From NCBI GenBank assembly GCA_964493245.1, contig CAZBNB010000011.1, positions 1,124-65,123 of the forward strand: a DNA stretch of 64,000 nucleotides, given 5' to 3'. Source of the DNA: an uncultured Legionellaceae bacterium (GTDB taxonomy: Bacteria; Pseudomonadota; Gammaproteobacteria; Legionellales; Legionellaceae). The position numbers and the translations under genes were made by a program. Below, in pieces: positions 8,300-17,014 of this stretch (position 1 is the stretch's first letter; each line of letters begins with the position of its first letter). The notes beneath the pieces are model-generated. The model searched no databases. It was given only the letters and a program-made list of their open reading frames with translations, and was not told where the DNA came from.

Positions 8300-8757
8300 G
8301 GTATTTGAAATCGCATTTGTAAGGTATGAAATAAAGCTTCGTTATCTGATGCGGTGCGACAATCATCACGCAACGAGGCATCGCTAAATTCTTTGACAAT
8401 TTTGGCCAATGTTTTTAAATGTATATCCGCTTTGTGTGCAGGGACCACTAATCCAAAAACCAAATCAACCGGTTGTTTATCTTCGGCATCAAAATCAAGG
8501 GGATTTTGTAGGCGCAGAAAACAGCCATAAGGTGATTCAAGCTGATCTAACCGAATATGTGGAATCATGACACCATGGCCAATCGTCGTGCTACCAAGAC
8601 GCTCTCTTTCCCAATAAGCGTCAAATAGGTGCTTCTCATTTAATATTTCGTGCTGCCGACTCAGCAAGTGGCTTATGTTTAAAAACACAGCCTTCTTGCT
8701 GCGAGCAGTCATGTCAATCATAACATGTTTTGAGTTTAAAAAATTAAAAGATACCAT
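8296..8757 (-). CDS. ptsN: PTS IIA-like nitrogen regulatory protein
   Basis: EIIA(Ntr/Fru) fold with the phospho-His motif GHGVMIPH. Conserved position between hpf and ptsO. Confidence 0.85.
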   Translation of the reverse strand: MVSFNFLNSKHVMIDMTARSKKAVFLNISHLLSRQHEILNEKHLFDAYWERERLGSTTIGHGVMIPHIRLDQLESPYGCFLRLQNPLDFDAEDKQPVDLVFGLVVPAHKADIHLKTLAKIVKEFSDASLRDDCRTASDNEALFHTLQMRFQIP

Positions 8758-8758
8758 G

Positions 8759-9052
8759 CTATTCGCGGTGATTTTCCATTTTTTCTTTATGTTTAATCAA
8801 TTGTTTATCGAGTTTATCGATGAGTAAATCGATAGCTGCATAGAGATCGTCTGATTCAGAGCTGGCATGAAGCTCGGCTTTATTGACTAAAATAGTGGCT
8901 TCAGCAATTTGACGAAGTTTTTCAACTTTAAATACGGCATTCACGGCTGTAATTCTATCAAAATGTCGAATGAGTTTATCAAATTTTTTTTGCGCAAAGT
9001 CTTTGAGCGCAGGGGTTACTTCCATATTGTGTCCAGTATAATTGATTTGCAT
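8759..9052 (-). CDS. hpf: Ribosome hibernation promoting factor (short HPF/YhbH)
   Basis: MQINYTGHNMEVTPALKDFA.. is a typical HPF N-terminus. GGAGA lies 8 nt upstream of the ATG at 9052. The ORF-track start at 9082 adds 10 unlikely residues. Confidence 0.85.
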   Translation of the reverse strand: MQINYTGHNMEVTPALKDFAQKKFDKLIRHFDRITAVNAVFKVEKLRQIAEATILVNKAELHASSESDDLYAAIDLLIDKLDKQLIKHKEKMENHRE

Positions 9053-9417
9053 AATAATTCTCCAAATGCTAACAAATTGCAAAATCCTTTAAAACGCTGA
9101 CACAGTGATACACATCATTGTCATTCAGGCGCTTACTTTAAGTTTAAACGATTCTGAGAAATCATCCAGTACGAATGCGAAATATTTCGATGCTGGTTTC
9201 GTTCAGAGGGCATACTTGAATTTTGAGGAGCGGCTGGTGAGCGAAAAAGTTGTTGAACAAGCACGAACATTTACCATGGTTCAGAGGCAATGCGGTAGCT
9301 CTATAAATGGGCTTTTACTAATGGCACACACACTCGTGTGTTATGACGAACGATTTTTATTTATCTGCCACGATTTGTTCGTGGCAGAAAGAGGGGAGAA
9401 AAGAGAGGAACCAGAGG

Positions 9418-9582
9418 TTACTTAACTTTCTTTTCTTTAAAAATAACGTGCTTACGAATAACCGGATCGTACATTTTCAATTCCATCTTTTCAGGATGGT
9501 TACGTGGGTTTTTCGTTGTGGTTTTATAGTATCCAGTGCCTGCACTAGATTCCATTTTTACTTTAACGGTCACAGCTGCCAT
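9418..9582 (-). CDS. rpmG: 50S ribosomal protein L33
   Basis: Hand translation gives [54 protein letters not shown] (54 aa, below the ORF-track cutoff). It has the L33 pattern SSAGTG.Y.T.KN...PEK.EL.K.DP..R.HV and lies downstream of rpmB. Confidence 0.9.
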   Translation of the reverse strand: MAAVTVKVKMESSAGTGYYKTTTKNPRNHPEKMELKMYDPVIRKHVIFKEKKVK

Positions 9583-9651
9583 AGTAGTCGTGTCTCCAAA
9601 ATAGTTATTTACGTGATTGAGTCAGCTGATAAATCAGTGACGGGCGCTTCA

Positions 9652-9888
9652 TTATTGAGCTTTATTTTTTTCACGTATTCTTTTAAGTACAACATCAATA
9701 CCCAATTTATCAATGGTACGCATACCACGGGCACTCAACTTTAGGGTAACAAATTTACCTTCACTTTCTACCCAATAACGATGCGTTTGAATGTTCGGTA
9801 GGAAACGTCGCTTCGTTTTGTTATTGGCATGTGAAACCTTATGGCCTGTCATGGGGCGTCTACCCGTAACTTGACATACTCTTGACAT
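9652..9888 (-). CDS. rpmB: 50S ribosomal protein L28
   Basis: [32 protein letters not shown].. is the canonical L28 N-terminus. Confidence 0.95.
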   Translation of the reverse strand: MSRVCQVTGRRPMTGHKVSHANNKTKRRFLPNIQTHRYWVESEGKFVTLKLSARGMRTIDKLGIDVVLKRIREKNKAQ

Positions 9889-10123
9889 GTTGTGACTCCA
9901 AATTATCTTTTATAAAGTATCTTTCATGGATGCGTTTTATACCAAAAAAATAGTCTGACTGCAAGGTTTTACACTTAAGACTTCAAGGCTTTCTGATTAA
10001 AAACCTCAGCACGGGCAGATCGAGACTAGTGAATTTTAAGTTACAATCTTGTATAATGCTTCGCCTAAAGCTTGTTTTGGTCGCGAAACAAGTATTTAAA
10101 TTTACGATTATTAGGAGTTTACA

Positions 10124-10843
10124 GTGTCTACAGTTCATTTAGAAGCAGAAACAAGAGACGTTCAGGGGAAAGGTGCGAGCCGCCGTCTGCGTCGTGACAA
10201 TAAAGTACCAGGCGTTATTTATGGTGGGGATAAAAAAGCACAATCTATTAATTTATCCGCAAATAAAGTGACAAAAGCACTGGAAACAGAAGCAATATAT
10301 ACTGGTATATTCCATTTGTTGTTGGATGGTAAAGAAGAGCAAGTGATTCTGAAAGACATACAGCGTCACCCGTACAAGCCTGTTGTATTACACATGGATT
10401 TTCAACGTGTATCAGATAAAGACGTGTTGGTACGAATGATACCATTACATTTCATTAATGGTGAAGATTCTCCTGGCCATCTTGCTGGTGGTGTTGTGAA
10501 TCATACTTTGACGCAAGTTGAAGTACGTTGCCAAGCGCGTTATTTGCCTGAGTTCATCGAAATTGATTTGATTAACATGCAATTAGATGACGTGTTACAT
10601 CTCTCACACATTAAATTACCTAAAAATGTTGAGTTTGCAATCGACCCATCTGATCATGAACATGATCTGCCCGTCGTTGGTATTCATATTAGTAAGGCAG
10701 CATTAAGTGAAGAAGCACTTGAAGCCGCTGAAGCAGAAGCTGCGGCCGCTGCAGAAGCCAGTGAAGGGGCTGAAGAGGGCCATGCAAAAGCTGATGCAGG
10801 GTCTGATACAGATGCTGACTCAGAAGCAGATAAAGCGGAGTAA
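10124..10843 (+). CDS. rplY: 50S ribosomal protein L25/general stress protein Ctc with an acidic Ala/Glu/Asp-rich C-terminal tail
   Basis: GTG start after AGGAG. The N-terminus has the RRLRR..KVPGVIYG motif of the L25/Ctc family. The last 45 or so residues are low complexity (EEALEAAEAEAAAAAEASEGAEEG..). Confidence 0.9.
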   Translation: MSTVHLEAETRDVQGKGASRRLRRDNKVPGVIYGGDKKAQSINLSANKVTKALETEAIYTGIFHLLLDGKEEQVILKDIQRHPYKPVVLHMDFQRVSDKDVLVRMIPLHFINGEDSPGHLAGGVVNHTLTQVEVRCQARYLPEFIEIDLINMQLDDVLHLSHIKLPKNVEFAIDPSDHEHDLPVVGIHISKAALSEEALEAAEAEAAAAAEASEGAEEGHAKADAGSDTDADSEADKAE

Positions 10844-11441
10844 TATCATTTCCAGCAGCGCGATTAAGCTTATTGTCGGATTACGTAATCCGGGTGATGC
10901 TTATTCACAAACCAGACACAATGTAGGTGCTTGGTTTGTGGAGGCGCTTGCACAAATGAGTCGCGCTTCGTTTAAAGCGGATAAAAAATTACGTGGTGAA
11001 TTAACCACTATACAAGAGGGAGAAACAGCCGCGATGTTGTTTCTCCCTTTGTCATTTATGAACTTAAGTGGCGAGTGTGTTCGCGCCATATGCCAATTTT
11101 ATCGTATTTTACCGCATGAAATTTTGATTGCGCATGATGAACTTGATCTCCCTGTTGGGACCATTCGTTTGAAAACAGCCGGTGGTCACGGTGGCCATAA
11201 TGGGTTGAGTAGCGTTATTTCGCAATTAGGCAGCAATGCTTTTCATCGTTTACGTATTGGTATTGGTCATCCTGGTCACCGAGAATTGGTTTCAGATTAT
11301 GTTTTGAGCAAACCATCCCAGGCTGATCGCCAACAGATTGTTGAGGCGATTGAGCGAGCTTTGATGATGGCATCGAAAATATTATCAGGTGACGTGGCAC
11401 AAGCAATGAATTTATTAAATAGAGGAAATCATGGGATTTAA
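10812..11441 (+). CDS. pth: Peptidyl-tRNA hydrolase
   Basis: [18 protein letters not shown], then HDELDL and GGHGGHNG motifs. Start assigned to the last in-frame ATG (10812), which overlaps rplY by 32 nt. No canonical start lies nearer the conserved core. Confidence 0.85.
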   Translation: MLTQKQIKRSNIISSSAIKLIVGLRNPGDAYSQTRHNVGAWFVEALAQMSRASFKADKKLRGELTTIQEGETAAMLFLPLSFMNLSGECVRAICQFYRILPHEILIAHDELDLPVGTIRLKTAGGHGGHNGLSSVISQLGSNAFHRLRIGIGHPGHRELVSDYVLSKPSQADRQQIVEAIERALMMASKILSGDVAQAMNLLNRGNHGI

Positions 11442-12522
11442 GTGTGGAATTGTTGGGCTACCAAATGTGGGAAAATCAACGCTGTTTAATGCATTGACCA
11501 GAGCAGGCATTGAAGCCGCTAATTATCCTTTCTGTACCATTGAACCTAACGTTGGTGTGGTAACGGTTCCTGATCCACGCTTGAATGCTTTAAGCGACAT
11601 TGTTCATCCTGAGCGCGTTGTGCCGGCTGTGATGCAGTTTGTAGATATTGCGGGTTTGGTAAAAGGCGCGGCTAAGGGAGAAGGCTTAGGCAATCAATTT
11701 TTAGCCAATATTCGTGAAACCGATGCTATTGCCCATGTTGTGCGTTGTTTTGAACATCAGGATGTCGTGCATGTCGCTGGAAAAGTTGATCCTATACATG
11801 ATATCGAGGTAATTAACACTGAGTTGGCTTTGGCAGATATGGAAGCGGTTGAAAAAGCGCTTTTCAAAGCGAACAAGAACAGCAAAAGTGGTCAAAAAGA
11901 CGCGCAACTGGAAAAACAAACATTAGAAAAAATTAAAGCGCATTTGGATGCGGGGCATCCCGTGCGAACCTTGTCATTGACCGCGGATGAAATGGCTTTA
12001 CAACAGCGTTTGTTTCTTATCACTGCAAAGCCCGTTTTATACATTGCCAATGTCGATGACGATGGTTATACCAATAATCCATTACTTGATAAAGTGCGTG
12101 AGTTGGCTGCTACAGAGGGGGCCGGTGTTGTGGCGTTGTGTGCAGCAACAGAATCAGAGTTAGTTGAATTAGACGATGCTGATCGCGATGAATTTATGGA
12201 TAGTTTGGGATTAGATGAACCTGGTTTACATCGTGTTATTCGTGCGGGTTATGATTTATTGGGTTTACAAACCTATTTTACGGCGGGTGTGAAAGAAGTG
12301 CGTGCATGGACCATCGAACGTGGTTTTACCGCACCGCAAGCGGCAGGTGTGATTCATACTGACTTTGAAAAAGGTTTTATCCGTGCCGAAGTGATTGCTT
12401 ATGATGATTTCATAACGAATAAGGGCGAGCAGGGCGCTAAAGAGGCGGGTAAACTGCGCTTAGAAGGCAAAGAGTATCGCGTCGTCGATGGTGATGTGAT
12501 GCATTTTCGTTTTAATGTGTAG
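11431..12522 (+). CDS. ychF: Redox-regulated ribosome-binding ATPase YchF
   Basis: [23 protein letters not shown].. P-loop with a C-terminal TGS-like domain. Conserved pth-ychF order. Confidence 0.95.
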   Translation: MGFKCGIVGLPNVGKSTLFNALTRAGIEAANYPFCTIEPNVGVVTVPDPRLNALSDIVHPERVVPAVMQFVDIAGLVKGAAKGEGLGNQFLANIRETDAIAHVVRCFEHQDVVHVAGKVDPIHDIEVINTELALADMEAVEKALFKANKNSKSGQKDAQLEKQTLEKIKAHLDAGHPVRTLSLTADEMALQQRLFLITAKPVLYIANVDDDGYTNNPLLDKVRELAATEGAGVVALCAATESELVELDDADRDEFMDSLGLDEPGLHRVIRAGYDLLGLQTYFTAGVKEVRAWTIERGFTAPQAAGVIHTDFEKGFIRAEVIAYDDFITNKGEQGAKEAGKLRLEGKEYRVVDGDVMHFRFNV

Positions 12523-12536
12523 TTTTGCCATAACAC

Positions 12537-12576
12537 GGATAAGTGTTCACGCAATCAATGACATGAACACTTATCC
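12537..12576. terminator. 13-bp-stem hairpin between convergent ychF and the kinase gene (bidirectional terminator candidate, B-family-like termini)
   Basis: ggataagtgttca / tgaacacttatcc arms with a 14-nt loop. No strong U-tract on either side. Confidence 0.45.
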
Positions 12577-12605
12577 CAAATTAGATGAAAAGTTTTTGAG
12601 TGTCG

Positions 12606-13604
12606 TCACCTGATGTTAGCGACAGATGGCGGTGTTAAACCAGTGGCATTAGGTTGCTGTTGCTCATTTTTTTTAAACCAAGCGTAATGAGACTGGGTGC
12701 CGCCAGATGGTCTTTTAATAGGTGGTTCGCCATTTTCAGCCATGGATGTCATTTTATTTGTATCGCCGCCTGTGCGGTTTTTCAATCCCTCATATGTCGG
12801 TGATGGCTGGCTTTCAAAAAACGCAATACGACTAACCAGGGTTTGTGCTGATGCGCGCTTATTTTCCTGATTTTCTAAGCATTGCCGAGTGATATCAACT
12901 AAAAAAGGTGATGCGTGATCTGGGATAGGATCGTGGTTATTTTGAACAATAAGCTTACAGTGCTTTGTCAAATCCGGCTCATTTTTATAGGGGGTTTTTC
13001 GAAGTAGCATTTCCAGAATAACGATGCCGAGTGCCCAGATATCTTCGGCTTCATTATAATTAAATAAGACAAATTGATTGTCAATTACGTGGTTGGCGAG
13101 TTTCGGTGATATATAGTATGGCGTGCCTTGAAGTTCATTACTTGCAGCGTTAGAAGTCGTTTTAGCGAAACCAAAATCTGTAATTTTAACTTCGTTGTTG
13201 CAATCTAGGAGAATGTTGGCTGGTTTTATATCAAGATGAATGATACCGGTATTGTGAAGATAACGTAAACCGGCAATTATACCTTTAGCAATAGACTCGC
13301 ACAATGAGAGTGGTAAGCGCCTGGATTGGTCTTTGATCAGTTCGGCTAAAGACCCATTTTCTATCAACTCGAATACAATGTAATGGAAACGATTTGATTC
13401 GATAGTGTCTTTAATAAAAGAAACAATATTAGGATGATTTTTTAATTGTTTTAGTATTTTAATTTCTTTTTGGGCAATTGTTTTTATATATGATTTAGAC
13501 CAATAATCCATTTTTTTGATGGCGACGCGTTTGTCAAGATATCTTCCTGCATACACCGTGCTATAGTTGCCTGCGCCGAGAATCTTATCGCTTTTGTATA
13601 TCAT
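12606..13604 (-). CDS. Eukaryotic-like (Hanks-type) serine/threonine protein kinase, soluble
   Basis: Subdomain I GAGNYSTVYAG, II VAIKK, VIb HLDIKPANILL, VII DFG, VIII GTPYYISPK, IX DIWALGIVILEML. No signal peptide or TM. About 60 aa of Gly/Pro/Gln-rich C-terminal tail. Confidence 0.85.
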   Translation of the reverse strand: MIYKSDKILGAGNYSTVYAGRYLDKRVAIKKMDYWSKSYIKTIAQKEIKILKQLKNHPNIVSFIKDTIESNRFHYIVFELIENGSLAELIKDQSRRLPLSLCESIAKGIIAGLRYLHNTGIIHLDIKPANILLDCNNEVKITDFGFAKTTSNAASNELQGTPYYISPKLANHVIDNQFVLFNYNEAEDIWALGIVILEMLLRKTPYKNEPDLTKHCKLIVQNNHDPIPDHASPFLVDITRQCLENQENKRASAQTLVSRIAFFESQPSPTYEGLKNRTGGDTNKMTSMAENGEPPIKRPSGGTQSHYAWFKKNEQQQPNATGLTPPSVANIR

Positions 13605-13636
13605 GGCATCTCTTTTACTATTAAAAAGATTGTACC

Positions 13637-13642
13637 ATTATA
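13637..13642 (-). promoter_or_regulatory. Candidate -10 box (TATAAT) for the kinase gene
   Basis: On the minus strand, a perfect TATAAT lies about 30 nt upstream of the kinase ATG, in the 52-bp gap after the ispB stop. The -35 match is poor. Confidence 0.3.
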
Positions 13643-13656
13643 CAACAAAATAATTC

Positions 13657-14625
13657 TTAATATTGACGTTTTGCAGCAAAATCAGCGATTTTTTCTAAAT
13701 TATCGCGATAGACCGATGTTGGCAGGATGGCGAGTGCTGCATGTGCGCGCTCTATTTCATCGGTTGCAACTTGCTGTGTGTATTGGATAGCGTTGGTTTC
13801 TGTAATGATCTCTAAAATTTCGGTTAAGTTGTCTCTAGAGCCTGTTTTTAAGCTTTGACGAATCAATGTTTGCTGCGCAGGCGTTCCCAGTTGTAGGGCG
13901 TACAGAATGGGTAAAGTCGCTTTGCCATCGGCTAAATCATCACCAATATTCTTACCTAAGGTGTGGGCATTGGAACATAAATCCAGCGTATCATCGATTA
14001 ACTGAAAAGCATTCCCCAAATGCAATCCATATGCGTACAGCGCATTTTCAATGGTTTTGTCGCAACCACTGATGATGGCGCCGATCGCAGCTGATGCGGC
14101 AAATAATAAGGACGTTTTTGCACGAATGACATCAAAGTAGTCTTCAATCGCTAACTCATCCTCAAAGCGATGAGAGAGTTGTTTTAACTCTCCACATGTG
14201 ACTTGATGGGTGATGTTTGCTAGCAAATGCATGATATCGAGGTTTCCTACTTCTAACATGAGTTTCAAATAAATGGTAAATAAATAATCTCCTACCAAAA
14301 TACTGGCTTTACTTCCCCAAATTGTATTGGCAGTTTGTCGACCACGACGCAATGTCGATTCGTCAACCACATCGTCGTGTAGTAGGGTCGCTGTATGAAA
14401 AAATTCGATCATCGCGGCCAGTTTAATGTGTTGCTGGCCTGAGTAACCGCAAGCGAGACTCGATAATAACACAATCAGTGGGCGTAAGCGTTTTCCACCG
14501 CTTTGAATCACATGATGAGCTAAGTCATCGACCAAACTAATTTCGTTTTGAATCATTGAAAGTATCAATTGATTCATGGCTTCAAAATCATCTTGAACGA
14601 CTGATCGAATGTCGAGAATGGACAT
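13657..14625 (-). CDS. ispB: Octaprenyl-diphosphate synthase (trans-polyprenyl diphosphate synthase)
   Basis: First and second Asp-rich motifs LLHDDVVDES and QLIDDTLD. Length is typical of IspB. Confidence 0.9.
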   Translation of the reverse strand: MSILDIRSVVQDDFEAMNQLILSMIQNEISLVDDLAHHVIQSGGKRLRPLIVLLSSLACGYSGQQHIKLAAMIEFFHTATLLHDDVVDESTLRRGRQTANTIWGSKASILVGDYLFTIYLKLMLEVGNLDIMHLLANITHQVTCGELKQLSHRFEDELAIEDYFDVIRAKTSLLFAASAAIGAIISGCDKTIENALYAYGLHLGNAFQLIDDTLDLCSNAHTLGKNIGDDLADGKATLPILYALQLGTPAQQTLIRQSLKTGSRDNLTEILEIITETNAIQYTQQVATDEIERAHAALAILPTSVYRDNLEKIADFAAKRQY

Positions 14626-14739
14626 AAATAAAGATATCCTAAAAATAAGCGTGCTTGAAATGAGTTATTTGTTGTTTTAAGCACGGAATGCTAAGCGTCA
14701 CCTGGGGGCTTGTCAAGTTATTCGCATTTTAAAATGATA

Positions 14740-14788
14740 CAGGCCTTACGCAAAAAAACGATCTCTTCGTTGTTTTGCGTGAGGCCTG
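14740..14788. repeat. Short hairpin derivative of repeat family F (copy F3)
   Basis: caggccttacgcaaaaaaacgatctcttcgttgttttgcgtgaggcctg carries the two termini of the F element (see 63615-63737) without the central part. Confidence 0.7.
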
Positions 14789-14857
14789 TGATAGTCACCA
14801 CAGATTATGGTAGGATGTTAAAGAGGCCTTTTTCTAAGGGCAAGCACAGGACAGTAG

Positions 14858-16045
14858 ATGAGAATGGATAAAAACAAAAAAAAATTAATTGTAAAATATA
14901 AAGCTCAAATAACCGTTTTAATGTCAATAATTTTATTATTGGGTTACGTTATCTTTAGTTGTTCTGACAATTTATTTCAATCTTATACCTCAGAGCATCA
15001 TGTTTCTGCTTTATTTCCCAGGCTGAGTATTTTGGGGATGATTTTAACCATGATCGTAATGGTTTTGAACATTTCTGCGAAAATGCAACGATTCATGTAT
15101 CAACAAATTTTATTGTTTATCATGCTTATTTCTTTTGTTGTGATACCCGTTACGCTTGACACGTACCCAGTCATTGCCGGAATAAGTAATGTTATTTTTA
15201 ATTTAGTAGAGCCATGGCGTCAGCTTTTCGTTATCCCCGCTTTTAGAGCAACGATTGTGGGCATTACAACGGCTCTTTGTGGTGCTGTTGACATTCGGGC
15301 TACTGCTCTAGAAAATCTTTGGTTATTTGATCTTTTTCGTTATAAACAAGTTGCAATTATTTTGATGGTGTTTGCGTTTTACTTTTGGTTTTTAGCAAAA
15401 AAAATACAACATTTAGACGCGAATGAAATTAATAGGACATTAGAGCAACACTTACCTAAGCTGAGTGTGCTTTTCCGAACTTATCCATATATATTCGTTT
15501 CGTGTGTATTGAGTGGTCTCAATGGCGGGATTTTTTATTATACTTATATGTTGGCTCTAAAAGCCATGCCAAATCAACAACCCAGTACCTATCAGTATGT
15601 CATTTATATTGGCAGTGTTGTGGGGCCAATCATCATTGGATATCTTGCTGATAGATTGGGAATATTTTTGATGATATTGATTTCAAGCATTTTGTTAACG
15701 TTATTGGCGCTTATTGGCGCGGGTTTATCTTTTGCTTCGGTTCATGTCCCGTTAGCTTATTATATCACGGCATTTATTGAAGCCGCTCTGGCGACGTCTC
15801 TTTGGGTAATGAGCGCGGGATTAATCGGAGAGCGCCTACTTTCACAGGGAATTTTTCGTTCATTTGCGATATCTAATGTATTGTTTATCTGTGGTAACAT
15901 CTTATGTGGGTACATTTTTGAGGTTTTCTTGTCCTTTGAATACATTAAGTTGGCTTTTTTTGTATTGGATTTGATATTGCTTCTTCTCATGTACTTCACA
16001 TATTTAAAAACGGCATCTGGTTTACCTGTTGATGCTATATCGTGA
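14858..16045 (+). CDS. Polytopic membrane protein of unknown function (C-terminal half MFS-like)
   Basis: 395-aa ORF with about 10 hydrophobic segments. The MFS-like loop GYLADRLG sits in the second half. No other recognisable motif. Confidence 0.55.
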   Translation: MRMDKNKKKLIVKYKAQITVLMSIILLLGYVIFSCSDNLFQSYTSEHHVSALFPRLSILGMILTMIVMVLNISAKMQRFMYQQILLFIMLISFVVIPVTLDTYPVIAGISNVIFNLVEPWRQLFVIPAFRATIVGITTALCGAVDIRATALENLWLFDLFRYKQVAIILMVFAFYFWFLAKKIQHLDANEINRTLEQHLPKLSVLFRTYPYIFVSCVLSGLNGGIFYYTYMLALKAMPNQQPSTYQYVIYIGSVVGPIIIGYLADRLGIFLMILISSILLTLLALIGAGLSFASVHVPLAYYITAFIEAALATSLWVMSAGLIGERLLSQGIFRSFAISNVLFICGNILCGYIFEVFLSFEYIKLAFFVLDLILLLLMYFTYLKTASGLPVDAIS

Positions 16046-16111
16046 AGTAGATGTTCTTTAGGATTCAAGCATTCATCTCTGGATGATTGCCTGTGATAAG
16101 AGGTACGAAGC

Positions 16112-17014
16112 TTATCGATTCGCTAAAAGTGCATTGGCTACTTTAGATTGATTTTTTTTACCCAATTGTTTGCAGATTTCATTTCCTGCCGCAACAACCT
16201 TATAAATATCCACACCGGTTTCAATGCCGAGACCATGCATGAGATAAAGCACGTCTTCTGTTGCCACGTTCCCGGTTGCACCACGTGCATAAGGACATCC
16301 ACCTAATCCTGCGACTGAGCTATCAAAGTGTTGAATCCCCATTTCTAATGAGGCATAAATGTTGGCAATCGCTTGACCGTAGGTATCATGAAAATGCATG
16401 GCTACTTTACTAAGCGGAACAAAAGCAAGTAATTTCTCCAGCAGTGTCTTGGTTTGCTTGGGTGTACCGACGCCGATGGTATCGCCTAACCCCAACTCAT
16501 CGACGCCGATTTCCATGAGTTGATGGGTAATATCCACCACTTTATTGGGTGAAATTTGTCCCTCATATGGGCAGCCGAGCACACAAGAGACATAACCTCG
16601 CACACGAATGCGATGTTGTTTTGCTAATATCATGACGGGTTTAAAACGCGCGATACTTTCAGCAATCGAGCAATGGATATTGCGTTGATTAAAGGCTTCA
16701 CTGGCTGCAGTAAAAATGGCAATTTCTTTTAATCCAGCAGCCAGTGCTTGCTCCATGCCACGCTCATTCGGAACCAATGCTGAAAAATGCACGTCCGCTG
16801 GCTTTTGAATGGCTTGACAAACATCATCGTGATCAGCCAATTGTGGAATGGCTTTAGCAGAAACAAAACTGGTTATTTCAATGTGTTTTAGACCTGTTTG
16901 GCTCAATAAGTCAATCAAAGCAACTTTGTGTTTGGTTGCCACAAAGTTTGCTTCGTTTTGTAAGCCATCGCGAGGACCAACCTCGGTGATAGTGACAGCG
17001 TGAGGAAAACTCAT
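16112..17014 (-). CDS. Hydroxymethylglutaryl-CoA lyase
   Basis: N-terminal EVGPRDGLQNE motif and TIM-barrel HMGL-like sequence including the GCPYA motif. Overlaps the upstream carboxylase stop by 4 nt. Confidence 0.9.
   Translation of the reverse strand: MSFPHAVTITEVGPRDGLQNEANFVATKHKVALIDLLSQTGLKHIEITSFVSAKAIPQLADHDDVCQAIQKPADVHFSALVPNERGMEQALAAGLKEIAIFTAASEAFNQRNIHCSIAESIARFKPVMILAKQHRIRVRGYVSCVLGCPYEGQISPNKVVDITHQLMEIGVDELGLGDTIGVGTPKQTKTLLEKLLAFVPLSKVAMHFHDTYGQAIANIYASLEMGIQHFDSSVAGLGGCPYARGATGNVATEDVLYLMHGLGIETGVDIYKVVAAGNEICKQLGKKNQSKVANALLANR

Noticed and set aside
9365-9387. Hairpin ctgccacg-atttgtt-cgtggcag as the rpmB-rpmG terminator
   Set aside because: It is positioned correctly, 30 nt past the rpmG stop on the minus strand. 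However, the T-tract is on the wrong side for minus-strand termination: the minus strand reads an A-rich run after the stem. It is left as an unexplained hairpin rather than an annotated terminator.
9105-9744. ORF-track entries 9105-9425 (+) and 9343-9744 (+)
   Set aside because: The second is antisense to the clearly recognisable rpmG and part of rpmB. The first lies in the hpf upstream gap and has an odd composition with no motif or RBS. Both are treated as non-coding.
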